Shown here: one piece after another, positions 28,500 through 36,981 of the stretch
Position numbering within the stretch: the stretch's first letter is position 1
Layout: each line of letters begins with the position of its first letter
From: Candidatus Hydrogenedentota bacterium
Lineage (GTDB): Bacteria > Hydrogenedentota > Hydrogenedentia > Hydrogenedentales > SLHB01
Length of the DNA: 64,000 nucleotides
NCBI GenBank assembly: GCA_045863295.1
Contig: BTWA01000003.1
Location: 1-64,000, forward strand
Reading direction: 5' to 3'
Notes under the pieces: model-generated
What the model was told of the DNA's origin: nothing
The model's input: the letters and a program-made list of their open reading frames with translations, nothing else
Databases searched by the model: none
Translations under genes and position numbers: made by a program

Positions 28500-31496
28500 A
28501 TGTGGCCTGCGGTTATTCTGTCGCTTTCAGCAATAGTTGGAGTCACCAATTATGTAGCGCCTGACGACGATCCAATGCACGAAATCACCGTGGTTCAACA
28601 ACCACACGGCATCTACAGCGAGTCAAGTGATCCTGCTCTCGCGGAATTGCCTTCCGGGGAGATGTTTTGTGTATGGAGTGCAAAGACCGGTGAGGGAGAC
28701 TCCGCGATCGTCGCCAGCACGTTAAAACCGGCACGTCGAGGCAAAGAATGGACACCCCCGAAGATCATCGCCGATAAACCCAACTCGCTTGATTCCTCTC
28801 CGGTATTGCAAGTAGACGAATCCGGCAAGCTATGGCTGTTTTATGCCTCAGCGGATTCTCTAAGTCACGCCACAAGCACGGATGGCGAGGTATGGTCGGA
28901 TTCAGCGGCTTTGTTCGATGGAGAGAAATTAACACCATCGGGAAAGCTGGTGGTCCTGTCTGACGGCTCATGGTTGCTTCCCGTTACGGTCGCTCGTAAC
29001 GCCTCATGCCAGATGCTCATCTCAAAAGACAAAGGCGCAACCTGGACCCGATCGGCAGCGATTGAATCGCGGGGTTTGCCGACGGTGGCCCAGCGACCTG
29101 ACGGAAGTATTCTCTCCTTGCTTTGGACCTCCAAAGAGGAATCGAAGACCTACCAAAGCGTGTCGAGCGATGGCGGCGCCACATGGACGCCGGCAGTCTC
29201 CGTTGAGTTGGTGGCGTCTGCATCCGGGCATGCCCTTATTGCGCTGCCCAACGGGCACTTGCTCCTCATTCAAAGCCCTGTCCCAAACGGAGGATTCGAC
29301 CAACTTACGGCCTACATTTCCGTCGACAATGGAAAGACATGGAAAGTGCGCCGCGAAATACAGGCCGGACCGGGAGAAATGCGCGATCCCTGGGTCTCGT
29401 TGTCCAAGTCGGGGCTAATTCAGGTTGCCCACACGCTTCCCAATGGGGGTGTTCGCCAGATTGCGTTCAACGAAGCGTGGGTTTGGCATCACAACCTGGT
29501 CAAACTGCCCTATAAGGTTGCCAACCTGGCGCCACCCATCCGCAACGCGGACGACCGGCGCAGCATGGGAGCCGAAAAAAATCCATCCCTGCCTATCGCG
29601 GTCGCTCCATTTGAGGAGCACGTGCGCGGATTTATCGGTTCGCCGAAAGACGCGAAAGTTGTGGCCATCGCCGTGGACGCGGACGGCCGTATCATCGCAA
29701 CAGCCGAAGACAAGACACGTTTCAAACTCAATGACTCGGGTACTTGGGACAACGTCGGCAAGTCGGAAACCGCCACGCCCGGACCCGGCGACACCCTCCA
29801 GACCGTCTATCAGGCGGGAAATGTCATCATTCAGGATGAAACGCCGGATGGCAAAGCGCGGGCCACCACTGCGGGTCTCTATATCAATGGACAGCTGCAC
29901 CCCTCTTACGGTGTAAATGGCCCCCTCGCCACAAACGTCACTGCCGTGGCCTACGACTCAAAGGGAGTGTTGTGGGTGGGAACTCCCATTGGACTGAGCA
30001 AGCTTTTGCCGGGTGGTCATTGGGAACACGTGACCGGCAAGCAAGGTTTGCCTTACACAGACATAACCTCAATCGCAATTGATGCCCATGACCGACTCTG
30101 GATTGGTACAACCATCGGTGCGATTCACTACCGCCCCTACGAAGAAGGACGACAGTGGTTCTACCGGCAAGGCGAACGCTACCTGCCCAGCGACCATGTT
30201 ATCGATGTCGCGGTCTCCCCTGATGGCGCTACTGCGTACTTTCTGACCGACGCGGGTATGAGCCGTATCGACGAGGTTGACCGTACGCTTCTTGAAAAAG
30301 CCGAGATCATGGAAGACCTGCTTAATGCGCGCCACCGGCGCCTCGGTTTGGTATCGGGCTCGGTGTTGAACGACGCGTACAATCCGACGTCCCACACCAT
30401 CGGCGACAATGACAACGACGGACTTTGGACCGCCTATCACGTTGCAGCGATGTCCATGGCCTATGCCGTCACGGGAGACGAGAAAGCGAGGAAATCAGCC
30501 AAGGAAAGCATGGATGCGGTCATAATGCTGCAAAACGCATCCGGCGTGCCCGGACTGGTTGCGCGAAGTGTAGTGCCGTCCTCGGAGCAGAAAGACCCAC
30601 AATGGCGCATCACGCCTGATGGAAAACTGTTGTGGAAGAGTGATACGTCAAGTGACGAAATCGATGGTCACTATCTCGCCTTGTATACGTACTGGGAGCA
30701 TATCGCCCAGTTCGATGCGAAGGAACGCCCTGTCATCATTGAGCAGGTACGCAAACTCACGAATTACCTGCTCGACAACGACTATCTGCTTATCGACTGG
30801 GACGGGCAAGGTACTCGCTGGGGATTCTGGCAACCCAAAATGCTGAACGAAGAACCTCCCCATTACCTTGAAAATGGTTTGAACGCCCTTCAAATCCTCT
30901 CGTTTCTGAAAGTCTCTTATTATATTGCCGGCGATCTCCGGTACAAAGAGCACTACGACAAACTCATCAGCGAACATGATTACTTGAGCAATATCATCGT
31001 GGCCAAGAAGACATTCCCGGATGAAAACAACCACTCCGATAATCAGCTTGGATACGTCGCATGGTACCCTATTCTTCAATTGGAATGGGATCCAAAGGTC
31101 CGCATGGCGTTGCGCAAAGGGGTACGCCGCCATTACCAGACATTGATGGAAGACGACTCCAGCTTCTTCTTCTTTGTCACCGCCACAATTGATCCCGAGT
31201 ATGTGAACATTGCAGGCGGAATCGACAATCTTCGCCTGATTCCGACCGACCGAAGAGGTTGGGGCCAGCTCAATAGCCATCGAACGGACGTGGTCTTCGA
31301 TCCCCGCGTCGACCGGTTTGGTAAGCCTCAGTTATTGCGCGTTCTCCCCGCGGATGAACGCCTGGTCGAACGATGGAATGCCAATCCCTATATCGCCGAC
31401 TACGAAGGCAACGGCCGAAGTGAAGACGATGGATGCACATATCTGCTTCCCTATTGGATGGGCCGTTATCACGGCTACTTTACGGAAACAGAGTGA
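28500..31496 (+). CDS. Secreted multidomain protein: Asp-box (sialidase-like) propeller + regulator-type propeller + putative alpha/alpha-barrel domain
   Basis: Asp boxes SKDKGATW, SSDGGATW, SVDNGKTW. Propeller repeats DSKGVLWVGT and DAHDRLWIGT. C-terminal DNDNDGLWT...DTSSDE...YLLPYWMGRY. Confidence 0.75.
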   Translation: MWPAVILSLSAIVGVTNYVAPDDDPMHEITVVQQPHGIYSESSDPALAELPSGEMFCVWSAKTGEGDSAIVASTLKPARRGKEWTPPKIIADKPNSLDSSPVLQVDESGKLWLFYASADSLSHATSTDGEVWSDSAALFDGEKLTPSGKLVVLSDGSWLLPVTVARNASCQMLISKDKGATWTRSAAIESRGLPTVAQRPDGSILSLLWTSKEESKTYQSVSSDGGATWTPAVSVELVASASGHALIALPNGHLLLIQSPVPNGGFDQLTAYISVDNGKTWKVRREIQAGPGEMRDPWVSLSKSGLIQVAHTLPNGGVRQIAFNEAWVWHHNLVKLPYKVANLAPPIRNADDRRSMGAEKNPSLPIAVAPFEEHVRGFIGSPKDAKVVAIAVDADGRIIATAEDKTRFKLNDSGTWDNVGKSETATPGPGDTLQTVYQAGNVIIQDETPDGKARATTAGLYINGQLHPSYGVNGPLATNVTAVAYDSKGVLWVGTPIGLSKLLPGGHWEHVTGKQGLPYTDITSIAIDAHDRLWIGTTIGAIHYRPYEEGRQWFYRQGERYLPSDHVIDVAVSPDGATAYFLTDAGMSRIDEVDRTLLEKAEIMEDLLNARHRRLGLVSGSVLNDAYNPTSHTIGDNDNDGLWTAYHVAAMSMAYAVTGDEKARKSAKESMDAVIMLQNASGVPGLVARSVVPSSEQKDPQWRITPDGKLLWKSDTSSDEIDGHYLALYTYWEHIAQFDAKERPVIIEQVRKLTNYLLDNDYLLIDWDGQGTRWGFWQPKMLNEEPPHYLENGLNALQILSFLKVSYYIAGDLRYKEHYDKLISEHDYLSNIIVAKKTFPDENNHSDNQLGYVAWYPILQLEWDPKVRMALRKGVRRHYQTLMEDDSSFFFFVTATIDPEYVNIAGGIDNLRLIPTDRRGWGQLNSHRTDVVFDPRVDRFGKPQLLRVLPADERLVERWNANPYIADYEGNGRSEDDGCTYLLPYWMGRYHGYFTETE

Positions 31497-31522
31497 GACG
31501 GACGGCAAGATTGGAGCGGAAT

Positions 31523-33103
31523 ATGACGAAGCATGCACGCGGATCTCACGTAACACGAAGAGAGGTACTGAAGCTCGGCGCAGCCGCTGCGGCATCCACG
31601 GCATTGCCCGCCTTTTCTCGCAGCGCGGCCGCTGCCGTACAACGGGGCATTACGCACCCTAACGTACTGTTCATCATGGACGATCAACATCGCGGCGACT
31701 GCCTCGGAATCGACGGCCACCCGTGTGTTAAGACCCCCAACATGGACCGGATAGGCCGCGAAGGTGCGTACTTCCGCCACGGCTACTCTTGCACCCCTAC
31801 ATGCACACCCGCACGCGCCGCCCTGCTCACGGGCCTCGGCCCATGGCGAAACGGTATGCTCGGGTTTTCCGCTGTGCCGAATTCCTATTCATTCGTCATG
31901 CCGCAAGCCATGCGCGACAACGGATACTACACAACGGGTATCGGAAAAATGCATTGGACCCCGCAACGTCAGTTGTACGGATTCCACAAAACGATTCTCG
32001 ATGAATCCAAAAGGGCACAGTCGCCTGAATTTCGCAGCGATTACCGCGCGTGGCTTGCCTCCGTTGCACCGAATGCAGATCCCGACGCCACTGGAATCTC
32101 GTACAACGATCATCGCGCGGCCGTCTACGCCTTGCCTGAGGAGTACCACCCGACGCAGTGGATGGGCATGACTGCCACGAATTTCATCGACCAATACGAT
32201 CAACCAGAACCGTTCTTTTTGAAGGTCTCCTTTGCACGCCCGCACAGCCCCTACGATCCGCCGCAACGCTTCTGGGATCTGTACAAAGACGCGGAAATTC
32301 CGCCGGCCGCCGTGGGTAAATGGGCCGAGAGGTATGTCCCTCAAAGCGCCAACTATCCAGACATCTGGCATGGAGACATGGGTGAAGAGTTGGTGCGTCA
32401 GGCGCGTGTGGGATATTACGGAAACGTATCATTCGTGGACGAACAAATCGGCCGCATCCTCGAAGCCCTGGAAAAGCGGGGCATGCTGGAGGAAACGCTC
32501 ATCATTTTCACCTCTGACCATGGCGATATGACCGGTGACCATCATATGTGGCGAAAATCCTACGCCTACGAGGCAAGCGCGCGGATACCCATGCTTATGC
32601 GCTGGCCGGAAGGCCTCGTCGCCGCCAAGCGCGGGCAGGTACGCGACGAACCTGTCGAGTTGCGTGACATTTTCCCCACCTGCCTCGACGCCGCCGGCGG
32701 CGAAGGCCTTGAACGGCTCGAAGGCAAGTCCATGCTGCCTCTTGTCGAAGACAAGGCGCCGGAATGGCGGAAGTGGATCGACCTCGAACACGACATCTGC
32801 TATGATGCGAAGAACCATTGGAGCGCGGTCACCGACGGCAGTTCGAAATATATCTTTCATGCCATCGACGGCGAGGAACAGCTCTTCGATCTGACCACCG
32901 ATCCCAACGAAACGAAGGATCTCGCAGGCGATCCTGTCCACGGTGTCACACTAAAAACCTGGCGCGACCGCCTGATCGGGCACCTGAGCGAACGAGGCGA
33001 TGCCTGGGTAAAGTACGGCCAACTGGTTTTACGCCCGGAAAGCATCAAGCTATCGCCAAACTATCCGGAACCGATACCGGTTGAGGCGCCAGTCCGGTCT
33101 TAG
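31523..33103 (+). CDS. Sulfatase (choline-sulfatase-like, Tat signal)
   Basis: TRREVLK, PNVLFIMDDQHR, CTPARAALLTG, GKMH, PHSPYDP, SDHG. Confidence 0.94.
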   Translation: MTKHARGSHVTRREVLKLGAAAAASTALPAFSRSAAAAVQRGITHPNVLFIMDDQHRGDCLGIDGHPCVKTPNMDRIGREGAYFRHGYSCTPTCTPARAALLTGLGPWRNGMLGFSAVPNSYSFVMPQAMRDNGYYTTGIGKMHWTPQRQLYGFHKTILDESKRAQSPEFRSDYRAWLASVAPNADPDATGISYNDHRAAVYALPEEYHPTQWMGMTATNFIDQYDQPEPFFLKVSFARPHSPYDPPQRFWDLYKDAEIPPAAVGKWAERYVPQSANYPDIWHGDMGEELVRQARVGYYGNVSFVDEQIGRILEALEKRGMLEETLIIFTSDHGDMTGDHHMWRKSYAYEASARIPMLMRWPEGLVAAKRGQVRDEPVELRDIFPTCLDAAGGEGLERLEGKSMLPLVEDKAPEWRKWIDLEHDICYDAKNHWSAVTDGSSKYIFHAIDGEEQLFDLTTDPNETKDLAGDPVHGVTLKTWRDRLIGHLSERGDAWVKYGQLVLRPESIKLSPNYPEPIPVEAPVRS

Positions 33104-33227
33104 TTTCCCGACAGGCCAAAGACCATTGCATGAGCGTGTGAACCGCACTAAAGCGCACAAGGGATTCGCGGATCACCAAACAATGCTGTTGTGTGAATTG
33201 CCGCAGCGGTTTCTCGTGGCCAGTTAG

Positions 33228-33450
33228 CCCGCATTTTGCACCACGCTCAAATCGTGCGTGGAAGAATGAAGTACAGTCTCCGAGGAAGACTGAAGTACAG
33301 TCTCCGAGGTGCAAAATGCTCACACAGAATTCCTTAAGCTTGAAACGCTGAGGATATTTCACGTGCACACTGTAAGTGCGCAAGTGTTGGTAACAGGCTG
33401 GTTGAATTGTTCGTACACAGTAAATTGGACAAAGTCGTGAAATATCCGGG
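33228..33450. mobile_element. MITE-like non-autonomous element flanked by TTAG direct repeats
   Basis: TTAG at 33224-33227 and 33451-33454. Imperfect terminal inverted repeats CCCGCATTTTGCAC / GTGAAATATCCGGG (11/14). Two internal perfect 12-bp inverted repeats. No coding capacity. Confidence 0.6.
33260..33309. repeat. 24-bp tandem duplication
   Basis: GGAAGAATGAAGTACAGTCTCCGA followed immediately by GGAAGACTGAAGTACAGTCTCCGA (1 mismatch), then GG. Confidence 0.9.
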
Positions 33451-35556
33451 TTAGGGTAGACCACTTTGCCAATCGGCGAATTTCGCCGCGATGGCATCTG
33501 CACTCTCAAACGGTACGTACATCATCCGCGCTCTATACCCGTATGTCTTGCCCAACTCCGGCTCGCGGACGACGAACTGCCAATCCCACGCCGGGCTATG
33601 CGGATTGGGTTCTCCATTCGCAGACTTGATGAAATTCCAGAGCGCAAACCGTATTGGCTCACGCTGGTCAAACATCATCACATAGGCCATCGTGTCATTG
33701 TCGGTCGCCTTGTCCCCGTCGCCGTCCACCAGACCATAATAAAATGGATCGGTAAATTTCTTTGTAGGATGTTCAATCAGATTGAGCGTCTGCGCCCCGT
33801 CTTCGTAGGGCAGATCAGGCACTCCTGCATGGGAAACCGTGCCAGTTTCAAAGCCTGGCGTCTCTGAGTCGCCGGTCGGCTCCCCAAAAGTGACCCACCC
33901 ATCCACATCGCCATTCTTCCCTGGAAAGTGAATGGTGCGATCACGAGTGTGATTCATGTAACTCGCCCACATGAGCGCCGCGTATCCCAATGGATAGCGC
34001 GGTTCGCGCGGCGAGCAGGTAAACGTCATATCAACTCCATTCTCAATCAATGTATACCGCATGGCGCAATCCATCGCCCACGCCGACTCCTCCGCCTTCC
34101 ACGTAATCGTCACGTCATCCGGGCCATGCACGGTAATCAAGCACGCATCCTTGCGCGGAGTAAACATTGAGATGTCTTTGTCCTTCGCAGTGCCATTGAA
34201 TATGTGTTCGAAATTCAATCCCACAAAATCATCGCGAAAAAGGTTCCTCCCTGGATATGCCGCGTGATACAACGGATTAAACGCGCTGCCGGATCGCTCT
34301 TTGTTTCCCTCGTTGTTCCAAATCGTTCCGGTCCACGTGGAACCTGCTACATCGACATGGTGTTCCCCCGCGACCCGCAACGCCATTCGCCGATTGGCCT
34401 GGGCAATCGTTTTCAGAATGTAGGCCCGATTGTTGTCCAGGGTGATGCTGTAGTCTTCTTCCTGGGGCAAGAAATCGAATGTCCAAGCCGCCGCCAGTGG
34501 TACGCCGCTGCGTTCAATCGCGGTCACCTGGGCTAAGACTTCGCGTTTGGCCACATCTGGACCTCCGTCTTTCTCCGCGTGCGATGCCCCAAACTCACCC
34601 AAAAACAAGGCCTTCTTCGCCGTGGCAACCGCTTCAACGGCCAACCGCAAAGTCTCCTCGTAAGGCGTATAAGGCTGTTCGAATCGCGTCGTGCTGTCGA
34701 ATACGTACATGTGCACCGACACAAGGTCGATGGGGTCAGGTGCGGTCAGCAGCAGCGACTCCCGGAACTGCTCTCGTGAATCCTTCTTCCAGGATCGCTC
34801 CGTGCGCAAGTGATAGGCCGATGGCCGCGGCAAACTGTGGCCCGACGTGACCGGCCGGATCGGATCGTGTTGGCGCACAACCTTTGCAAACTCCATCGTG
34901 GCAACACGGATCATGTCGCTCGTCAGATCGTCCGCCTCGCTACGGCTAGCCGGCGTGCCCAGCGCCTCGTTGACCCACGGCCGCGTATCCGGTGCATTCG
35001 GCAAATCCATGGCAAGGTCGTACTCGTTCCCCAGTTCCCAAGCCCAGATCGCCGGAGATTCCTTGTATCGTTGCACCAGCGCCGACATGTAATCGCGCAT
35101 GAAGCCAATCGTCTTGCTTTCCGGGTTTCCCCACTGATTCCGGGGTTCACCCACAAGATCAGGAATCGTGGAGGTAAGCCAGAACACGCTCGGTATCAGC
35201 CCTATGCCCGACTCTTCCGCCGCTTTCACCACATCGTCCAGGCTTGCCCACCACCCCGCGGGGTCGGCCTGATACTGCTTCCATTCCACCGGCCAGAACC
35301 CGCCGCCATTGAACCGGACAAAGGGAATCTGGTTCTCGGCAAGAGTTTTGAAACCATCACGATAGGTAGTGTTCTCGGAATCTTGAAGCCGGCGAAGAAA
35401 AACGTCGTAATAATTGACGCCAATCGCCCGGTAGGGCTGGCCATCGCGCAGCAAAACGCCGTTCGCATCAATACGCAACGGCGGTTCTCCTGCCATTGAA
35501 ACGGCGGATAGGAACAGTGCTATCGCACACATGGATACTCGAACGGACTCCCCCAT
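33451..35556 (-). CDS. GH5-like (clan GH-A) glycoside hydrolase fused to an unassigned C-terminal beta-rich domain
   Basis: Start after GAGGAG, signal peptide, AIGVNY, VRF, WELGNE (acid/base), SVHMY, LGEFG (nucleophile). Confidence 0.82.
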   Translation of the reverse strand: MGESVRVSMCAIALFLSAVSMAGEPPLRIDANGVLLRDGQPYRAIGVNYYDVFLRRLQDSENTTYRDGFKTLAENQIPFVRFNGGGFWPVEWKQYQADPAGWWASLDDVVKAAEESGIGLIPSVFWLTSTIPDLVGEPRNQWGNPESKTIGFMRDYMSALVQRYKESPAIWAWELGNEYDLAMDLPNAPDTRPWVNEALGTPASRSEADDLTSDMIRVATMEFAKVVRQHDPIRPVTSGHSLPRPSAYHLRTERSWKKDSREQFRESLLLTAPDPIDLVSVHMYVFDSTTRFEQPYTPYEETLRLAVEAVATAKKALFLGEFGASHAEKDGGPDVAKREVLAQVTAIERSGVPLAAAWTFDFLPQEEDYSITLDNNRAYILKTIAQANRRMALRVAGEHHVDVAGSTWTGTIWNNEGNKERSGSAFNPLYHAAYPGRNLFRDDFVGLNFEHIFNGTAKDKDISMFTPRKDACLITVHGPDDVTITWKAEESAWAMDCAMRYTLIENGVDMTFTCSPREPRYPLGYAALMWASYMNHTRDRTIHFPGKNGDVDGWVTFGEPTGDSETPGFETGTVSHAGVPDLPYEDGAQTLNLIEHPTKKFTDPFYYGLVDGDGDKATDNDTMAYVMMFDQREPIRFALWNFIKSANGEPNPHSPAWDWQFVVREPELGKTYGYRARMMYVPFESADAIAAKFADWQSGLP

Positions 35557-35651
35557 GGCACACGCTCCTCTTGTACAGCGCAGAAATGAATGCACGTCGA
35601 AAGCGTTACACCATATCAGAGTCTTTTCATGACATACAGTGAATGGGCCGG

Positions 35652-36797
35652 TCACTCCTCCGATTTCGGCCGATCGATGTAAACAAGACGATTGTCCGGT
35701 TCCATCACCCACCCGTGTTCCCGGCCATCGGACGACTCTGTTTGAAGCCAATCACTCGCACCGCCGCATACTACAGAGACGTACCCTTCCGGCAGATTCT
35801 CTATCCGGTAACGCCCATCTTCTCCCGTCACCGCCTTGGGCCGGCTCTCTTCAACAGACTCATACGGCTCCGCGTCCAGCCCGGTCCGGACCATAACGTG
35901 TACGTCCTTTCCGGCCACGGGCTTCCCTGATGAATCCACGACCAACCCCTCCAGCGCTACCGGCTGGGCGAGATACAACACAAGGTTTTCAAAATTGCTC
36001 GCGCCGGAATCATACAGTGGCACCTTACGAGTCACGTACCCGTCCGCTTTCACTTCGAGAAAAAATCCACCTTCCGGAATCTGCGCAATCGAGAATGCGC
36101 CTAAGGCATCCGCCTTGCTTTCCGGACCTGCCTTGACGGATCGGTCCCCGGCATAGCGGCAGACCGTTACGTGCGCGCCGGATACCGGTTTGCCGGTTGC
36201 ACATTCGTACACACTGCCACTAACAACACGGCCCAGTTCTTTCGCGTGGTCGCGCGATGCTGCCCGCTTGTCCACCACCTCGACCGTTGAAGGCACATGT
36301 ACATCCTTCCATACAATGGGCGTGCCATCTCCAAGAAAAACCTTCATGACGGTAGGCGGATACGGCTGTCTCCGGGTAACGGAATCAAGATCGAATCGTT
36401 GGCGCGGATTGTTATAGAGAAAATGAAAATTACGTGGAACCCAGATCGTCACTCGCCAATCCACCGAAACGGCTTCATCAGCGTTGGTTGCCGCGCCTCG
36501 ACCTACCTCATCTACCAACTCTACCGTCAAACCCGGCGCCCGGATTGCGCCAAACAACTCTAAAGCTTCATTCAGCTCGTCTGTACCGCCTCGATATTCC
36601 AGCATGTACTCGCCTCCCCCAAATGGCGGACCCTCAATGTACCGGAAGCGGCTCTCAAGATTGGCTATCTCCAAGGCCCCCATAGGCCAACCGGGATCCT
36701 CCATGGGGTTGTCTCCTCCCACCATGATGAGAGCCGACGCTGATACAGACAACGCGACACATGCAGCTAGAAACCTCAACGCAAAGCCTACTGGCAT
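35652..36797 (-). CDS. Secreted protein with carboxypeptidase-regulatory-like (transthyretin-fold) repeats
   Basis: Start after GGAGG, signal peptide. VSGSVYECATGKPVSGAHV...ADALGAF and LEGLVVDSSGKPVAG...TGEDGRYRIENLPEG. Confidence 0.75.
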   Translation of the reverse strand: MPVGFALRFLAACVALSVSASALIMVGGDNPMEDPGWPMGALEIANLESRFRYIEGPPFGGGEYMLEYRGGTDELNEALELFGAIRAPGLTVELVDEVGRGAATNADEAVSVDWRVTIWVPRNFHFLYNNPRQRFDLDSVTRRQPYPPTVMKVFLGDGTPIVWKDVHVPSTVEVVDKRAASRDHAKELGRVVSGSVYECATGKPVSGAHVTVCRYAGDRSVKAGPESKADALGAFSIAQIPEGGFFLEVKADGYVTRKVPLYDSGASNFENLVLYLAQPVALEGLVVDSSGKPVAGKDVHVMVRTGLDAEPYESVEESRPKAVTGEDGRYRIENLPEGYVSVVCGGASDWLQTESSDGREHGWVMEPDNRLVYIDRPKSEE

Positions 36798-36907
36798 AAC
36801 GGATGCCTCCCATGGGTTCACAAGCGGGAACTCTCTGAAGCTATAACGACCGGATGAAGAATCCGTACAACTCCAGATTGCTGAGACTGATTGTACCTGC
36901 TCAAATG

Positions 36908-36916
36908 TGCTATAGT
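36908..36916 (+). promoter_or_regulatory. Putative extended -10 promoter element for leuS
   Basis: TG-C-TATAGT about 65 nt upstream of the leuS start. Confidence 0.4.
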
Positions 36917-36981
36917 CTGCGATTCCGTGTAACCACATGATACGGCGCTTCTTGCGCCCTTGTTTTGAGGAGTCTGGGTCC

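Noticed and set aside
28500..29480. Calling the protein an active sialidase
   Set aside because: Asp boxes only; the catalytic Arg/Tyr motifs are not recognisable.
33260..33309. CRISPR array
   Set aside because: Only two directly abutting copies with no spacer, and no cas genes.
33224..33454. Integron attC site (gene stop within CTAAC followed by inverted repeats)
   Set aside because: The distal end reads GCTAACT rather than GTTRRRY on the gene strand. There is no integrase or cassette array, and the TTAG direct repeats fit a target-site duplication better.
36798..36981. T-box leader for leuS
   Set aside because: The gap is short and shared with a divergent gene, and there is no T-box consensus or terminator.
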